Of a DNA stretch of 64,000 nt, positions 13,301 to 25,459 are shown piece after piece. The position numbers and the translations under genes were made by a program. The notes below the pieces were generated by a model. The model searched no databases, was not told where the DNA came from, and was given only the letters and a program-made list of their open reading frames with translations. The stretch is from the NCBI RefSeq assembly GCF_009834535.1, contig NC_045696.1, forward strand, positions 122,328,001-122,392,000, given 5' to 3'. The stretch comes from Camelus ferus. Lineage: Eukaryota. The number at the start of each line of letters is the position of its first letter. Position 1 is the stretch's first letter.

Positions 13301-14990
13301 ACTGGTTTCTCAGTCTTTTTCCTAGTGCCGGTTTGAATTAACTGCAGTTTTCACTGTAAAATCGAGTTGGAGCTCGTACCTCCCCATATATATGTATGGA
13401 GTGTAGTTGAAAGAGAAAAGAATCTTTGTGTTCCCAACACGCTAGATGAAGGACGGCTTTCACACAGAATTATCTCTCAGAACTGAGCCTGTGGAGAGAC
13501 GTTCGTTCATCTAGCACAAATGGAACTGATTGCAAGAGAAACTTTTCCCTAGTTTCTCAGTCTGTTTACTAGTGTCGGTTTGATTTCCTGCAGTTTTCAC
13601 TGTAAAACCGAGTTGGAGCTAGTGCGTACTCTTATATATGTATGGAGTGGTGTTTGTACTGAATATAAACTTTGTGTTCCCAACAAGCTAGTTGAAGTAT
13701 GGCTTTCACACACACTTATCTCTCACAGCTGAGCATATATAGAGACGTTCGTTCATCTAGCACAAAGTGAACGGGTTGCAGGGGAAACTTTTACTCTGGC
13801 TTATCAGTCTATTTTCTAGTCCCGGTTTGATGTTCCTGCAGTTTTCAATGTAAAACCGATTTGGAGCTAGTACTTCCCCATATATATGTATGGAGTGGGG
13901 TTTGCAACTGAATATAAACATTGTGTTCCCATCAAGCTAGGGTGAAGTATGGCTTACACACACACTTATCTCTCAAATTGAGCATGTGGAGAGACGTTCG
14001 TTAATCTAGCACAAAGAACGGGTTGCAGGAGAAACTTTTCTCTGGTTTCTCAGTCTGTTTCCTAGTGCCGTTTTGATTTCCTGCAGTTTTCACTGTAAAA
14101 CAGAGTTGGAGCTAGTCCCTACTTTTAGATATATTTGGAGTGGAGTTTGCAACTGAATATAAACTTTGTGTTCCCAACAAGCTAGGAGAAGGACGGCTTT
14201 CACACACACTTATCTCTCAGAACTGAGCATGTGGAGATACGTTCGTTCAATTATCACAAAGGGATCAGGTTGCAGGTGAAACTTTTACTCTGGTTTTCTC
14301 AGTCTGTTTCCTACTGCCGTTATGAAGATCCTGCAGTTTTCACTGTAAAACCGAGTTGGAGCCAGTACCATCCCCATATATATGTATGGAGTGGATTTTG
14401 GAATTGAAAAGAAACTTTGTGTTCAGAACAAGCTAGGTGAAGGACGGCTTTCACACACACTTATCTCTAGAATTGAGTATGTGGAGAGACGTTCGTCAAC
14501 TAGCACAAAGGGAACGGTTTGCAGGAGAAACTTTTACTCACATTTCTCAGTCTGTTTCCTAGTGCCGGGTTGAATTTCTTGCAGTTTTCACTGTGAAACA
14601 GAGTTGGAGCTCGTACCTCCCCATATATATTTATGGAGTGGAGTTTGTAAGTGAAAAGAAACTTTGTGTTCCCAACAAGCATGGTGAAGGATGGCTTTCA
14701 CGCACACTTATCTTTCAGAACTGAAACATGTGGAGAGACGTTCGTTCATCTAGCACAAAGGAACGGGTTGCAGGTGAAATTTTTCTCTGGATTCTCAGTC
14801 TGTTTCCTAGTGCTGGGTTGAATTTCCTGCAGTTTTCACTGTTAAACCGAGTTGGAACTCGTACCTCCCATATATATGTATGGAGTGGTGTTTGCAACTG
14901 AAAAGAAACTATGTGTTCCCAACCAGCTAAGTGAAAGACGGCATTCCACACACAATATCTCTCAGAATGAGCATGTGTATAGAATTTCGT
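10375..14990. repeat. ~18-monomer block paralogous to ~25360-29875 (offset ~14890 after the gap, 60 monomers)
   Basis: Private variants occur in the same order in both blocks: GGGATCAGGATGCAGG, TACTAAGGGTTCTC, AGTACACAAGAGAAAAG, GGGTAGCCGG, GTTGTAGAAACGTTT, AAGCATGGTGAAGGATGGCTTTCACGCAC. Confidence 0.9.
10617..10716. other. Assembly gap (100 N, standard unknown-size placeholder)
   Basis: Exactly 100 N residues, with satellite on both sides. Confidence 0.99.
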
Positions 14991-17900
14991 TCATCTAGCA
15001 CAAAGGGAATGGTTTGGCAGGGAGCTTTTACACTGGTTTCTCAGTCTGTTTCTTAGTGTCGGTTTGACCTTCCTGCAGTTATCACTGTAAAACCGAGTTG
15101 GAGCTCGTACCTTCCCATATATATGTATGGGAGTGGAGTATGCAGTGAAAAGTAACTTTGTGTTCCCTACAAGCTAGGTGAAAGGACGGCTTACACATAC
15201 CCGTATCTCTCAGAACTGAGCATGTGGAGAGACGTTCGTTCATCTAGCACAAAGGGAAAGGGTTGCAGGGGAAACATATACTCTGGTTTCTCAGTCTCTT
15301 TCCTAGTGCCAGTTTGAAGTTCCTGCAATTTTCACTGTAAAACCCTGTTGGAGCTTGTTCCTCCCATATATATGTATGGAGTGGAGTATGCAACTGAATA
15401 TAAACTTTGTGTTCCCAACAAGCTAGTTGAAGTATGGCATTCACACTCACTTATCTCACAGAATTGAGCATGTTGAGAGACTTTCTTTCATCTAGAACAA
15501 AGGGAAAGGGTTGCAGGAGAAACTTTAACTCTGGTTCTCAGTCTGTTTCCTAGTGCCGGTTTGAAGTTCCTGCAGTTTTCACTGTAAAACCGAGTTGGAG
15601 CTAGTACCTTCCCATATATATGTATGGATAGGAGTTTGCAAGTGAAAAGAAACTTTTGTGTTCCCAACAAGCTAGATGAAGGTCGTCTTTCACACACAGT
15701 TATCTCTCAGAACTGAGAATGTGTAGAGACGTTCGTTCATCTAGCACAAAGGGAACGGTTTGCAGGAGAAAATTTTACTCTAGTTTCTCAGTCTGTTTCC
15801 TAGTGCCGGTTTGAAGTTTCCTGCATTATTCACTGTAAAATGGTGTTTTAGCTCTTACGTCCCCATATATATGTATGGAGTGGAGTTTGCAAGTGAAAAG
15901 AATCTTTGTGTTCCCAACAAGCTAGGTGAAGTATGGCTTTCACACACATTTATCTCTCAGAACTTAGCATGTGGAGAGAGGTTCGTTCATCTAGCACAAA
16001 AGGAACGGGTTGCAGGAGAATCTTTTACTCTGGTTTTCTCAGTCTGTTTCCTAGTGCCGGTTTGAAGTTCCTGCAGTGTTCACTGTAAAACCGAGTTGGA
16101 GCTCGTACATCCCCATATATATGTATGGAATGGAGTTTACATCTGAAAAGAAACTATGTGTTCCCAACCAGATAGATGAAGGACGGCTTTCACAAACACA
16201 TATCTCTCAGAACTGAGCATGTGGGGAGACGTTCGTTCATCTAGCACAAAGGGAACGGGTTGCAGAAGAAAATTTTACTCTGGTTTCCCATTCTGTTTCC
16301 TAGTGCCGGTTTGAACTTCCTGCAGTTTTCACAGTAAAACCGTGTTGGAGCTCGTACCTCCCCATATATATGTATGGAGTGGAGTTATCTACTGAAAAGA
16401 AACTTTGTGTTCCCAACAAGCTATGTGAAGGACGGCTTCACACACACATATCTCTCAGAAATGAGCCTGTGGATAGACGCTCGTTCATCTAGCACAATGG
16501 GAACTGTTTGCAGGGAAAATTTTCTCTGGTTCCTCAGTCTGTTTCCTAGAGGCGTTTTGAAGTTCCTGCAGTTTTCACTGTAAAACCGAGTTGGAACTAC
16601 ACCCTACTCATAGATATGTATGGAGTGGAGTTTGCAAATGAATAGAAACTTTGTGTTCCGAAAAGCTATGTGAAGCACGGCTTTCACACACACTTATCTC
16701 TCAGAATTGAGCATGTTGAGAGACGTACGTTCATCTGGCACAAAGGGAACGGGTTGCAGGGGAAACATTTACTCTGGTTTCTCAGAATGTTTAAATAGTG
16801 CCGGTTTGAAGTCCCTGCAGTTTTCCCAATAAAACCGAGTTGTAGCTAGTACCCTCCCCATAGATATTTATGGAGTGGTGTTTGCAACTGAAAAGAAACT
16901 ATGTGTTCCCAACCAGCTAAGTGAAAGACGGCATTTCACACACAATATCTCTCAGAACTGAGCATGTGTATAGAATTTCGTTCATCTAGCACAAAGGGAA
17001 CGGTTTGGCAGGAGAATCTTTACACTGGTTTCTCAGTCTGTTCTTAGTGTCGGTTTGACCTTCCTGCAGTTATCACTGTAAAACCGAGTTGGAGCTCGTA
17101 CCTTCCATATATATGTATGGAGTGGAGTATGCAAGTGAAAAGTAACTTTGTGTTCCCTACAAGCTAGGTGAAGGACGGCTTACACATACCCGTATCTCTC
17201 AGAACTGAGCATGTGGAGAGACGTTCGTTCATCTAGCACAAAGGGAAAGGGTTGCAGGGGAAACATATACTCTGGTTTCTCAGTCTCTTTCCTAGTGCCA
17301 GTTGAAGTTCCTGCAATTTTCACTGTAAAACCCTGTTGGAGCTTGTTCCTCCATATATATGTATGGAGTGGAGTATGCAACTGAATATAAACTTTGTGTT
17401 CCCAACAAGCTAGTTGAAGTATGGCATTCACACTCACTTATCTCACAGAATTGAGCATGTTGAGAGACTTTCTTTCATCTAGAACAAAGGGAAAGGGTTG
17501 CAGGAGAAACTTTAACTCTGGTTTCTCAGTCTGTTTCCTAGTGCCGGTTTGAAGTTCCTGCAGTTTTCACTGTAAAACCGAGTTGGAGCTAGTACCTTCC
17601 CATATATATGTATGGATAGGAGTTTGCAAGTGAAAAGAAACTTTGTGTTCCCAACAAGCTAGATGAAGGTCGTCTTTCACACACAGTTATCTCTCAGAAC
17701 TGAGAATGTGTAGAGACGTTCGTTCATCTAGCACAAAGGGAACGGTTTGCAGGAGAAAATTTTACTCTAGTTTCTCAGTCTGTTTCCTAGTGCCGGTTTG
17801 AAGTTCCTGCATTATTCACTGTAAAATGGTGTTTTAGCTCTTACGTCCCCATATATATGTATGGAGTGGAGTTTGCAAGTGAAAAGAATCTTTGTGTTCC

Positions 17901-20850
17901 AACAAGCTAGGTGAAGTATGGCTTTCACACACATTTATCTCTCAGAACTTAGCATGTGGAGAGAGGTTCGTTCATCTAGCACAAAAGGAACGGGTTGCAG
18001 GAGAATCTTTTACTCTGGTTTCTCAGTCTGTTTCCTAGTGCCGGTTTGAAGTTCCTGCAGTGTTCACTGTAAAACCGAGTTGGAGCTCGTACATCCCCAT
18101 ATATATGTATGGAATGGAGTTTACATCTGAAAAGAAACTATGTGTTCCCAACCAGATAGATGAAGGACGGCTTTCACAAACACATATCTCTCAGAACTGA
18201 GCATGTGGGGAGACGTTCGTTCATCTAGCACAAAGGGAACGGGTTGCAGAAGAAAATTTTACTCTGGTTTCCCATTCTGTTTCCTAGTGCCGGTTTGAAC
18301 TTCCTGCAGTTTTCACAGTAAAACCGTGTTGGAGCTCGTACCTCCCCATATATATGTATGGAGTGGAGTTATCTACTGAAAAGAAACTTTGTGTTCCCAA
18401 CAAGCTATGTGAAGGACGGCTTCACACACACATATCTCTCAGAAATGAGCCTGTGGATAGACGCTCGTTCATCTAGCACAATGGGAACTGTTTGCAGGGA
18501 AAATTTTCTCTGGTTCCTCAGTCTGTTTCCTAGAGGCGTTTTGAAGTTCCTGCAGTTTTCACTGTAAAACCGAGTTGGAACTACACCCTACTCATAGATA
18601 TGTATGGAGTGGAGTTTGCAAATGAATAGAAACTTTGTGTTCCGAAAAAGCTATGTGAAGCACGGCTTTCACACACACTTATCTCTCAGAATTGAGCATG
18701 TTGAGAGACGTACGTTCATCTGGCACAAAGGGAACGGGTTGCAGGGGAAACATTTACTCTGGTTTCTCAGAATGTTTAATAGTGCCGGTTTGAAGTCCCT
18801 GCAGTTTTCCCAATAAAACCGAGTTGTAGCTAGTACCTCCCCATAGATATTTATGGAGTGGTGTTTGCAACTGAAAAGAAACTATGTGTTCCCAACCAGC
18901 TAAGTGAAAGACGGCATTCACACACAAATATCTCTCAGAACTGAGCATGTGTATAGAATTTCGTTCATCTAGCACAAAGGGAACGGTTTGCAGGAGAATC
19001 TTTTACACTGGTTTCTCAGTCTGTTTCTTAGTGTCGGTTTGACCTTCCTGCAGTTATCACTGTAAAACCGAGTTGGAGCTCGTACCTTCCCATATATATG
19101 TATGGAGTGGAGTATGCAAGTGAAAAGTAACTTTGTGTTCCCTACAAGCTAGGTGAAGGACGGCTTACACATACCCGTATCTCTCAGAACTGAGCATGTG
19201 GAGAGACGTTCGTTCATCTAGCACAAAGGGAAAGGGTTGCAGGGGAAACATATATCTGGTTTCTCAGTCTCTTTCCTAGTGCCAGTTTGAAGTTCCTGCA
19301 ATTTTCACTGTAAAACCCTGTTGGAGCTTGTTCCTCCCATATATATGTATGGAGTGGAGTATGCACTGAATATAACTTTGTGTTCCCAACAAGCTAGTTG
19401 AAGTATGGCATTCACACTCACTTATCTCACAGAATTGAGCATGTTGAGAGACTTTCTTTCATCTAGAACAAAGGGAAAGGGTTGCAGGAGAAACTTTAAC
19501 TCTGGTTTCTCAGTCTGTTTCCTAGTGCCGGTTTGAAGTTCCTGCAGTTTTCACTGTAAAACCGAGTTGGAGCTAGTACCTTCCCATATATATGTATGGA
19601 TAGGAGTTTGCAAGTGAAAAGAAACTTTGTGTTCCCAACAAGCTAGATGAAGGTCGTCTTTCACACACAGTTATCTCTCAGAACTGAGAATGTGTAGAGA
19701 CGTTCGTTCATCTAGCACAAAGGGAACGGTTTGCAGGAGAAAATTTTACTCTAGTTTCTCAGTCTGTTTCCTAGTGCCGGTTTGAAGTTCCTGCATTATT
19801 CACTGTAAAATGGTGTTTTAGCTCTTACGTCCCCATATATATGTATGGAGTGGAGTTTGCAAGTGAAAAGAATCTTTGTGTTCCCAACAAGCTAGGTGAA
19901 GTATGGCTTTCACACACATTTATCTCTCAGAACTTAGCATGTGGAGAGAGGTTCGTTCATCTAGCACAAAAGGAACGGGTTGCAGGAGAATCTTTTACTC
20001 TGGTTTCTCAGTCTGTTTCCTAGTGCCGGTTTGAAGTTCCTGCAGTGTTCACTGTAAAACCGAGTTGGAGCTCGTACATCCCCATATATATGTATGGAAT
20101 GGAGTTTACAACTGAAAAGAAACTATGTGTTCCCAACCAGATAGATGAAGGACGGCTTTCACAAACACATATCTCTCAGAACTGAGCATGTGGGGAGACG
20201 TTCGTTCATCTAGCACAAAGGGAACGGGTTGCAGAAGAAAATTTTACTCTGGTTTCCCATTCTGTTTCCTAGTGCCGGTTTGAACTTCCTGCAGTTTTCA
20301 CAGTAAAACCGTGTTGGAGCTCGTACCTCCCCATATATATGTATGGAGTGGAGTTATCTACTGAAAAGAAACTTTGTGTTCCCAACAAGCTATGTGAAGG
20401 ACGGCTTCACACACACATATCTCTCAGAAATGAGCCTGTGGATAGACGCTCGTTCATCTAGCACAATGGGAACTGTTTGCAGGGAAAATTTTCTCTGGTT
20501 CCTCAGTCTGTTTCCTAGAGGCGTTTTGAAGTTCCTGCAGTTTTCACTGTAAAACCGAGTTGGAGCTACACCCTACTCATAGATATGTATGGAGTGGAGT
20601 TTGCAAATGAAGAGAAACTTTGTGTTCCGAAAAAGCTATGTGAAGCACGGCTTTCACACACACTTATCTCTCAGAATTGAGCATGTTGAGAGACGTACGT
20701 TCATCTGGCACAAAGGGAACGGGTTGCAGGGGAAACATTTACTCTGGTTTCTCAGAATGTTTAATAGTGCCGGTTTGAAGTCCCTGCAGTTTTCCCAATA
20801 AAACCGAGTTGTAGCTAGTACCTCCCCATAGATATTTATGGAGTGGTGTT
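14881..20850. repeat. Higher-order repeat: 8-monomer unit (~1985 bp), 3 near-identical tandem copies
   Basis: An identical frame MEWSYLLKR... occurs at 16374, 18358 and 20343 (periods 1984 and 1985). The unit start TGGAGTGGTGTTTGCAACTGAAAAGAAACTATGTGTTCCCAACCAGCTAAGTG occurs at ~14881, ~16871 and ~18854. Confidence 0.93.
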
Positions 20851-23800
20851 TGCAACTGAAAAGAAACTTTGATTTCCCAAAAAGCAAGCTGAAGGACGGC
20901 TTTCACACACACTTATCTCTCAGAACTGAGCATGTGAAGAGAAGTTCGTTCATCTAGCACAAAGGGAATGGGATGCAGGAGAAACATTTATTCTGGATTC
21001 TCAGTCTGTTTCCTAGTGCCGGTTGGAACTTCCTGCAGTTTTCACTTTTAAAACTTGTTGGAGCTTGTACCTCCACATATATATATATGGAATGGAGTAT
21101 GCAAGTGAAAAGAAACTTGTGTTCCCAACAAGCTAGATGAAGGTCGTCTTTCACACACACTTATCTCTCAGAACTGAGAATGTGTAGAAACGTTCGTTCA
21201 TCTAGCACAAAGGAAACGGGTTGCAGGAGAAACTATTACTCTGGTCTCTCAGTCTGTTTCCTAGTGCCGGTTTGAATTCCCTGCAGTTTTCACTGTAAAA
21301 CGGAGTTGGAACTTGTACCTTAACATATATATGTATGGAGAGGGGTTTCCAACTGAAAAGAAACATTGTGTTCCCAACAAGCTAGGTGAAGTGAGGCTTT
21401 CACACACACTAAACTCTTAGAACTGAGCATATGGAGAGACGTTCGTTCATCTAGCACAATGGGAACGGGTGGCAGGAGATACTATTACTCTGATATCTCA
21501 GTCTGTTTCCTACTGCCGGTTTGAATTTACTGCATTTTTTCACTGTAAAATCGAGTTTTAGCTAGTACCTCCCCCATATATATGTATGGAATGGAGTTTG
21601 CAACTGAAAAGAAACTTTGAGTTCCCAACAAGCTAGATGAAGTACGGCTTTCACACACAATATTCTCTCAGAACTGAGCATGTGGGGAGACTTTCGTTAA
21701 TTTAGCACAAAGGGAACGGGTTGCAGGGTAAACTTATACTCTGGTTTCTCAGTCTCTTTCCTAGTGCCAGTTTGAAGTTCCTGCAGTTTTCACTGTAAAA
21801 CCGTGTTGGAGCTTGTACCTCCCATATATATGTATGGAGTGGAATATGCAACTGAAAGAAACTTTGTGTTCACAACAAGCTGGTGAAAGACGACTTTCAC
21901 ACACACTTCTCTCTCAGAACTGAGCATGTGGAGAGAAGTTCGTTCATCTAACACAAAGTGAACGGGTTGCAGGAGAAACTTTTACTCTGGTTTCTCAGTC
22001 TGTTTCCTAGTGCCGGTTTGAACTTCCTGCAGATTTCACAGTAAAACCGTGTTGGAGTTCGTACCTCCCCATATATATGTATGGAGTGGAGTTTGCATGT
22101 GAAAAGGAAGTTTGTGTTCCCAACAAGCTAGATGAAGGACGGCATTCACACACACTTAACTCTCAGAACTGAGCATGTGGAGAGACTATCGTTCATCTAG
22201 CACAAAGGGAAAGGTTTGCAGGAGAAACTTTTCTCTGTTTTCTCAGTCTTTTTCCTAGTGCCGGTTTGAAGTTCCTTCAGTTTTCACTGTAAAACCGAGT
22301 TGGAGCTCGTACATCCTCTTATATATTTTTGGAGTGGAGTTTGCAAGTGAAAAGTATCTTTGTGCTCCCAACAATCTAGGAGAAGTACGGCTTTCACACA
22401 CACTTTTCTCTCAGAATTGAGCATGTGGGGAGACGTTCGTTCATCTAGCACAAAGGGAACAGTTTGCAGGAGAAAATTTTCTCTGGTTCCTCAGTCTGTT
22501 TCCTAGAGTCGGTTTGAAGTTCCTGCAGATTTGACTGTAAAACCGAGGTGGAGCTAGTCCCTACTCATAGATATGTATGGAGTGGAGTTTGCAACTTAAT
22601 AGAAACTTTGTGTTCCGAAAACGCTATGTGAAGGACGGCTTTCACACACACTTTTCCCTCAGAAATGAGCATGTGGAGAGACGTTTGTTCATCTAGCCCA
22701 AAGGGAACGGTTTGCAGGAGAAACTTTTACTCTGGTTTCTCAGTCTGTTTCCTAGAGCCGGTTTGAAGTTCCTGCAGTTTTCACTGTAAAGTCGATTTGG
22801 AGCTAGTACTTCCCCATATATATGTTTGGAGTGGAGTTTGCTACTGAAAAGAAACTTTGTGTTCCCAACAAGCTATGTGAAAGACGGCTTTCACACACAC
22901 TTATATCTCAGAACTGAGCATGTGGGAGACGTTCGTTCATCTAGCACTAAGGGAACGTGTTGCAGGAGAAACTTTTCTCTGGTTTCTCAGTCTGTTTCCT
23001 AGTGCCGGATTGAACTTCCTGCAGTTTTCACTGTAAAACCGAGTTGGAGCTAGAACCTCCCCATATATATGTAAGGATTTGTGTTTGCAACTGAAAAGAA
23101 CCTTTGTGTTCCCAACAAGCTAGGTGAAGGACGGCTTTCATACACACATAACTCTCAGAACTGAGCATGTTGAGAGACATTCGTTCAACTAGCACAAATA
23201 GAACGGTTTGCAGGGAAACTTTTACTTTGGTTTCTCAGTCTGTTTCCTAGTGCCCTTTGATGTTCCTGCAGTTTTCGCTGTAAAACCGAGTTGGAGATTA
23301 GTACCTCCCCATATATATGTATGGAATGGAATTTGCGACTGAAAGGAAACTTTGGTTTCCCAAAAATCTAGGTGAAGGACGGCTTTCACACACAATTATC
23401 TCTCAGAACTGAACATGTGTAGAGAATTTCGTTCATCTAGCACAAGGGAACGGGTTGCAGGAGGAATATTTACTCTGGTTCCTAAGTATGTTTCCTAGTG
23501 CCGGTTTGAATTTCCTGCAGTTTTCACTGTAAAACCGAGTTGGAGCTAGTACTTCCCATATATATGTATGGAGTGAAATTTGCTATTGAAAAGAAACTTT
23601 GTGTTCCCAACTAGCTAGGTGAAGAACGGCATTCACACACACTTATTTCTCAGAAATGACCCTGTGGAGAGACGTTCGTTAATCTAGCACAAATAGAACA
23701 GTTTGCAGGAGAAAATTTTCTCTGGTTCCTCAGTATATTTCCTAGAGCCGGTTTGAAATTCCTGCAGTTTTCACTGTAAAACCGAGTTGGAGCTATTCCC

Positions 23801-25459
23801 TACTCATAGATATATATGGAGTGGAGTTTGCAACTGAAAAGAAACTTTGTGTTCTGAAAAAGCTATGTGAAGGACGGCTTTCACACACACTTATCTCTCA
23901 GAACACAGCAGGTGGAGAGACGTTCGTTCATCTAGCACAAAGGGAACGGTTTGCAGGAGAAACTTTTACTCTGGATTCTCACTCTGTTTCCTAGTGCCGG
24001 TTTGAAATTCCTGCAGTTTTCCCTGTAAAACCGAGTTGGATCTAATACCTCCCCATATATATTTCTGGAGTGGAGTTTGCAACAGAAAAGAAACTTTGTG
24101 TTCCCAACAAGCAAGGTGAAGGTAGGCATTCAAACACACTTATCTCTCAGAACTGAGCATGTGGAGAGACGTTCGTTCATCTAGCACAATGGGAACGGGT
24201 TGAAGGTGCAACTTTTACTCTGGTTTCTCAGTCTGTTTCCTAGTGCCGGTTTAAAATTCCTGCAGTTTTCTTTGTAAAAATGATTTAGAGCTAGTACCAC
24301 CGCATATATATTTATGGAGTGGAGCTTGCAACTGAAAAGAAACTTTGTGTTCCCAACAAGCTATGTGAATTACGGCATTAACACACACTTATCTCTCAAA
24401 ACAGAGCATGCGGGGAGACGTTCGTTCATGTAGCACAAAAGGAACGGTTTGCAGGGAAACTTTTACTCTGGTTTCTCAGTGTGTTTCCTAGTACCGGGTT
24501 GAAGTTCCTGCATTTTTCACTGTAAAACAGATTTGGAGCTCTTAAATCCTCATATATATGTATGGAGTGGTGTTTGCAACGAAAAATAGCTTTGTGTTCC
24601 ATACAAGCCAGGAGAAGTATGGCTTTCACACACAATTATCTCTCAGAACTGAGCATTTGAGAGAAGTTCGTTCATCTAGCACAAAGGGAAAGGGTTGCAG
24701 GAGAAACTTTACTGTGGTTTCTCATTCTGTTTCCTAGTGCCGGTATTAATTTTCTGCAGTTTTCACTGTAAAAACGAGTTGGGCTAGTACCTCCTCATAT
24801 ATATGTATGGATTGGATTTTGCAAGTGAAAAAAAACTTTGTGTTCCCAACAAGCTAGTTGAAGAACGGATTTCACACACATTAATCTCTCAGAAATAAGC
24901 ATGTGGAGAGACTTTCTTTCATCTAGCACAAAGTGAACAGGTTGCAGGAGAAAATTTTACTCTGGATTCTCAGTCTGTTTCCTAGTGCCGGTTTGAAGTT
25001 AATGCAGTTTTCACTGTAAAACCGAGTTGGATCTAATTCTTCCCCATATATATTTATGGAGTGGAGTTTGCAACAGTAAAGAACTTTGTGTTCGAAATAA
25101 GCTAGTTGAAGGTAGGCTTTCACACACACTTATCTCTCAGAACTGAGCATGTGGAGAGACGTACGTTCATCTAGCACAAAGGGAACGGGTTGCAGGAGAA
25201 ACATTTACTGTGGTTTCTCAGACTCTTTCCTAGTGCCAGGTTGAAGTTCCTGCAGTTCTCACTGTAAAACCGGGTTGGAGCTTGTACCTCCCAATATATA
25301 TGTATGGAGTGGAGTTTGCAACTGAAAAGAAACTTTGTGTTCCCAACAAGCTAGATGAAGGACGTCTTTCACACAAAATTATCTCTCAGAACTGAGCATG
25401 TGGAGAGACGTTCGTTCAATTAGCACAAAGGGATCAGGATGCAGGAGAAAATTTTACTC

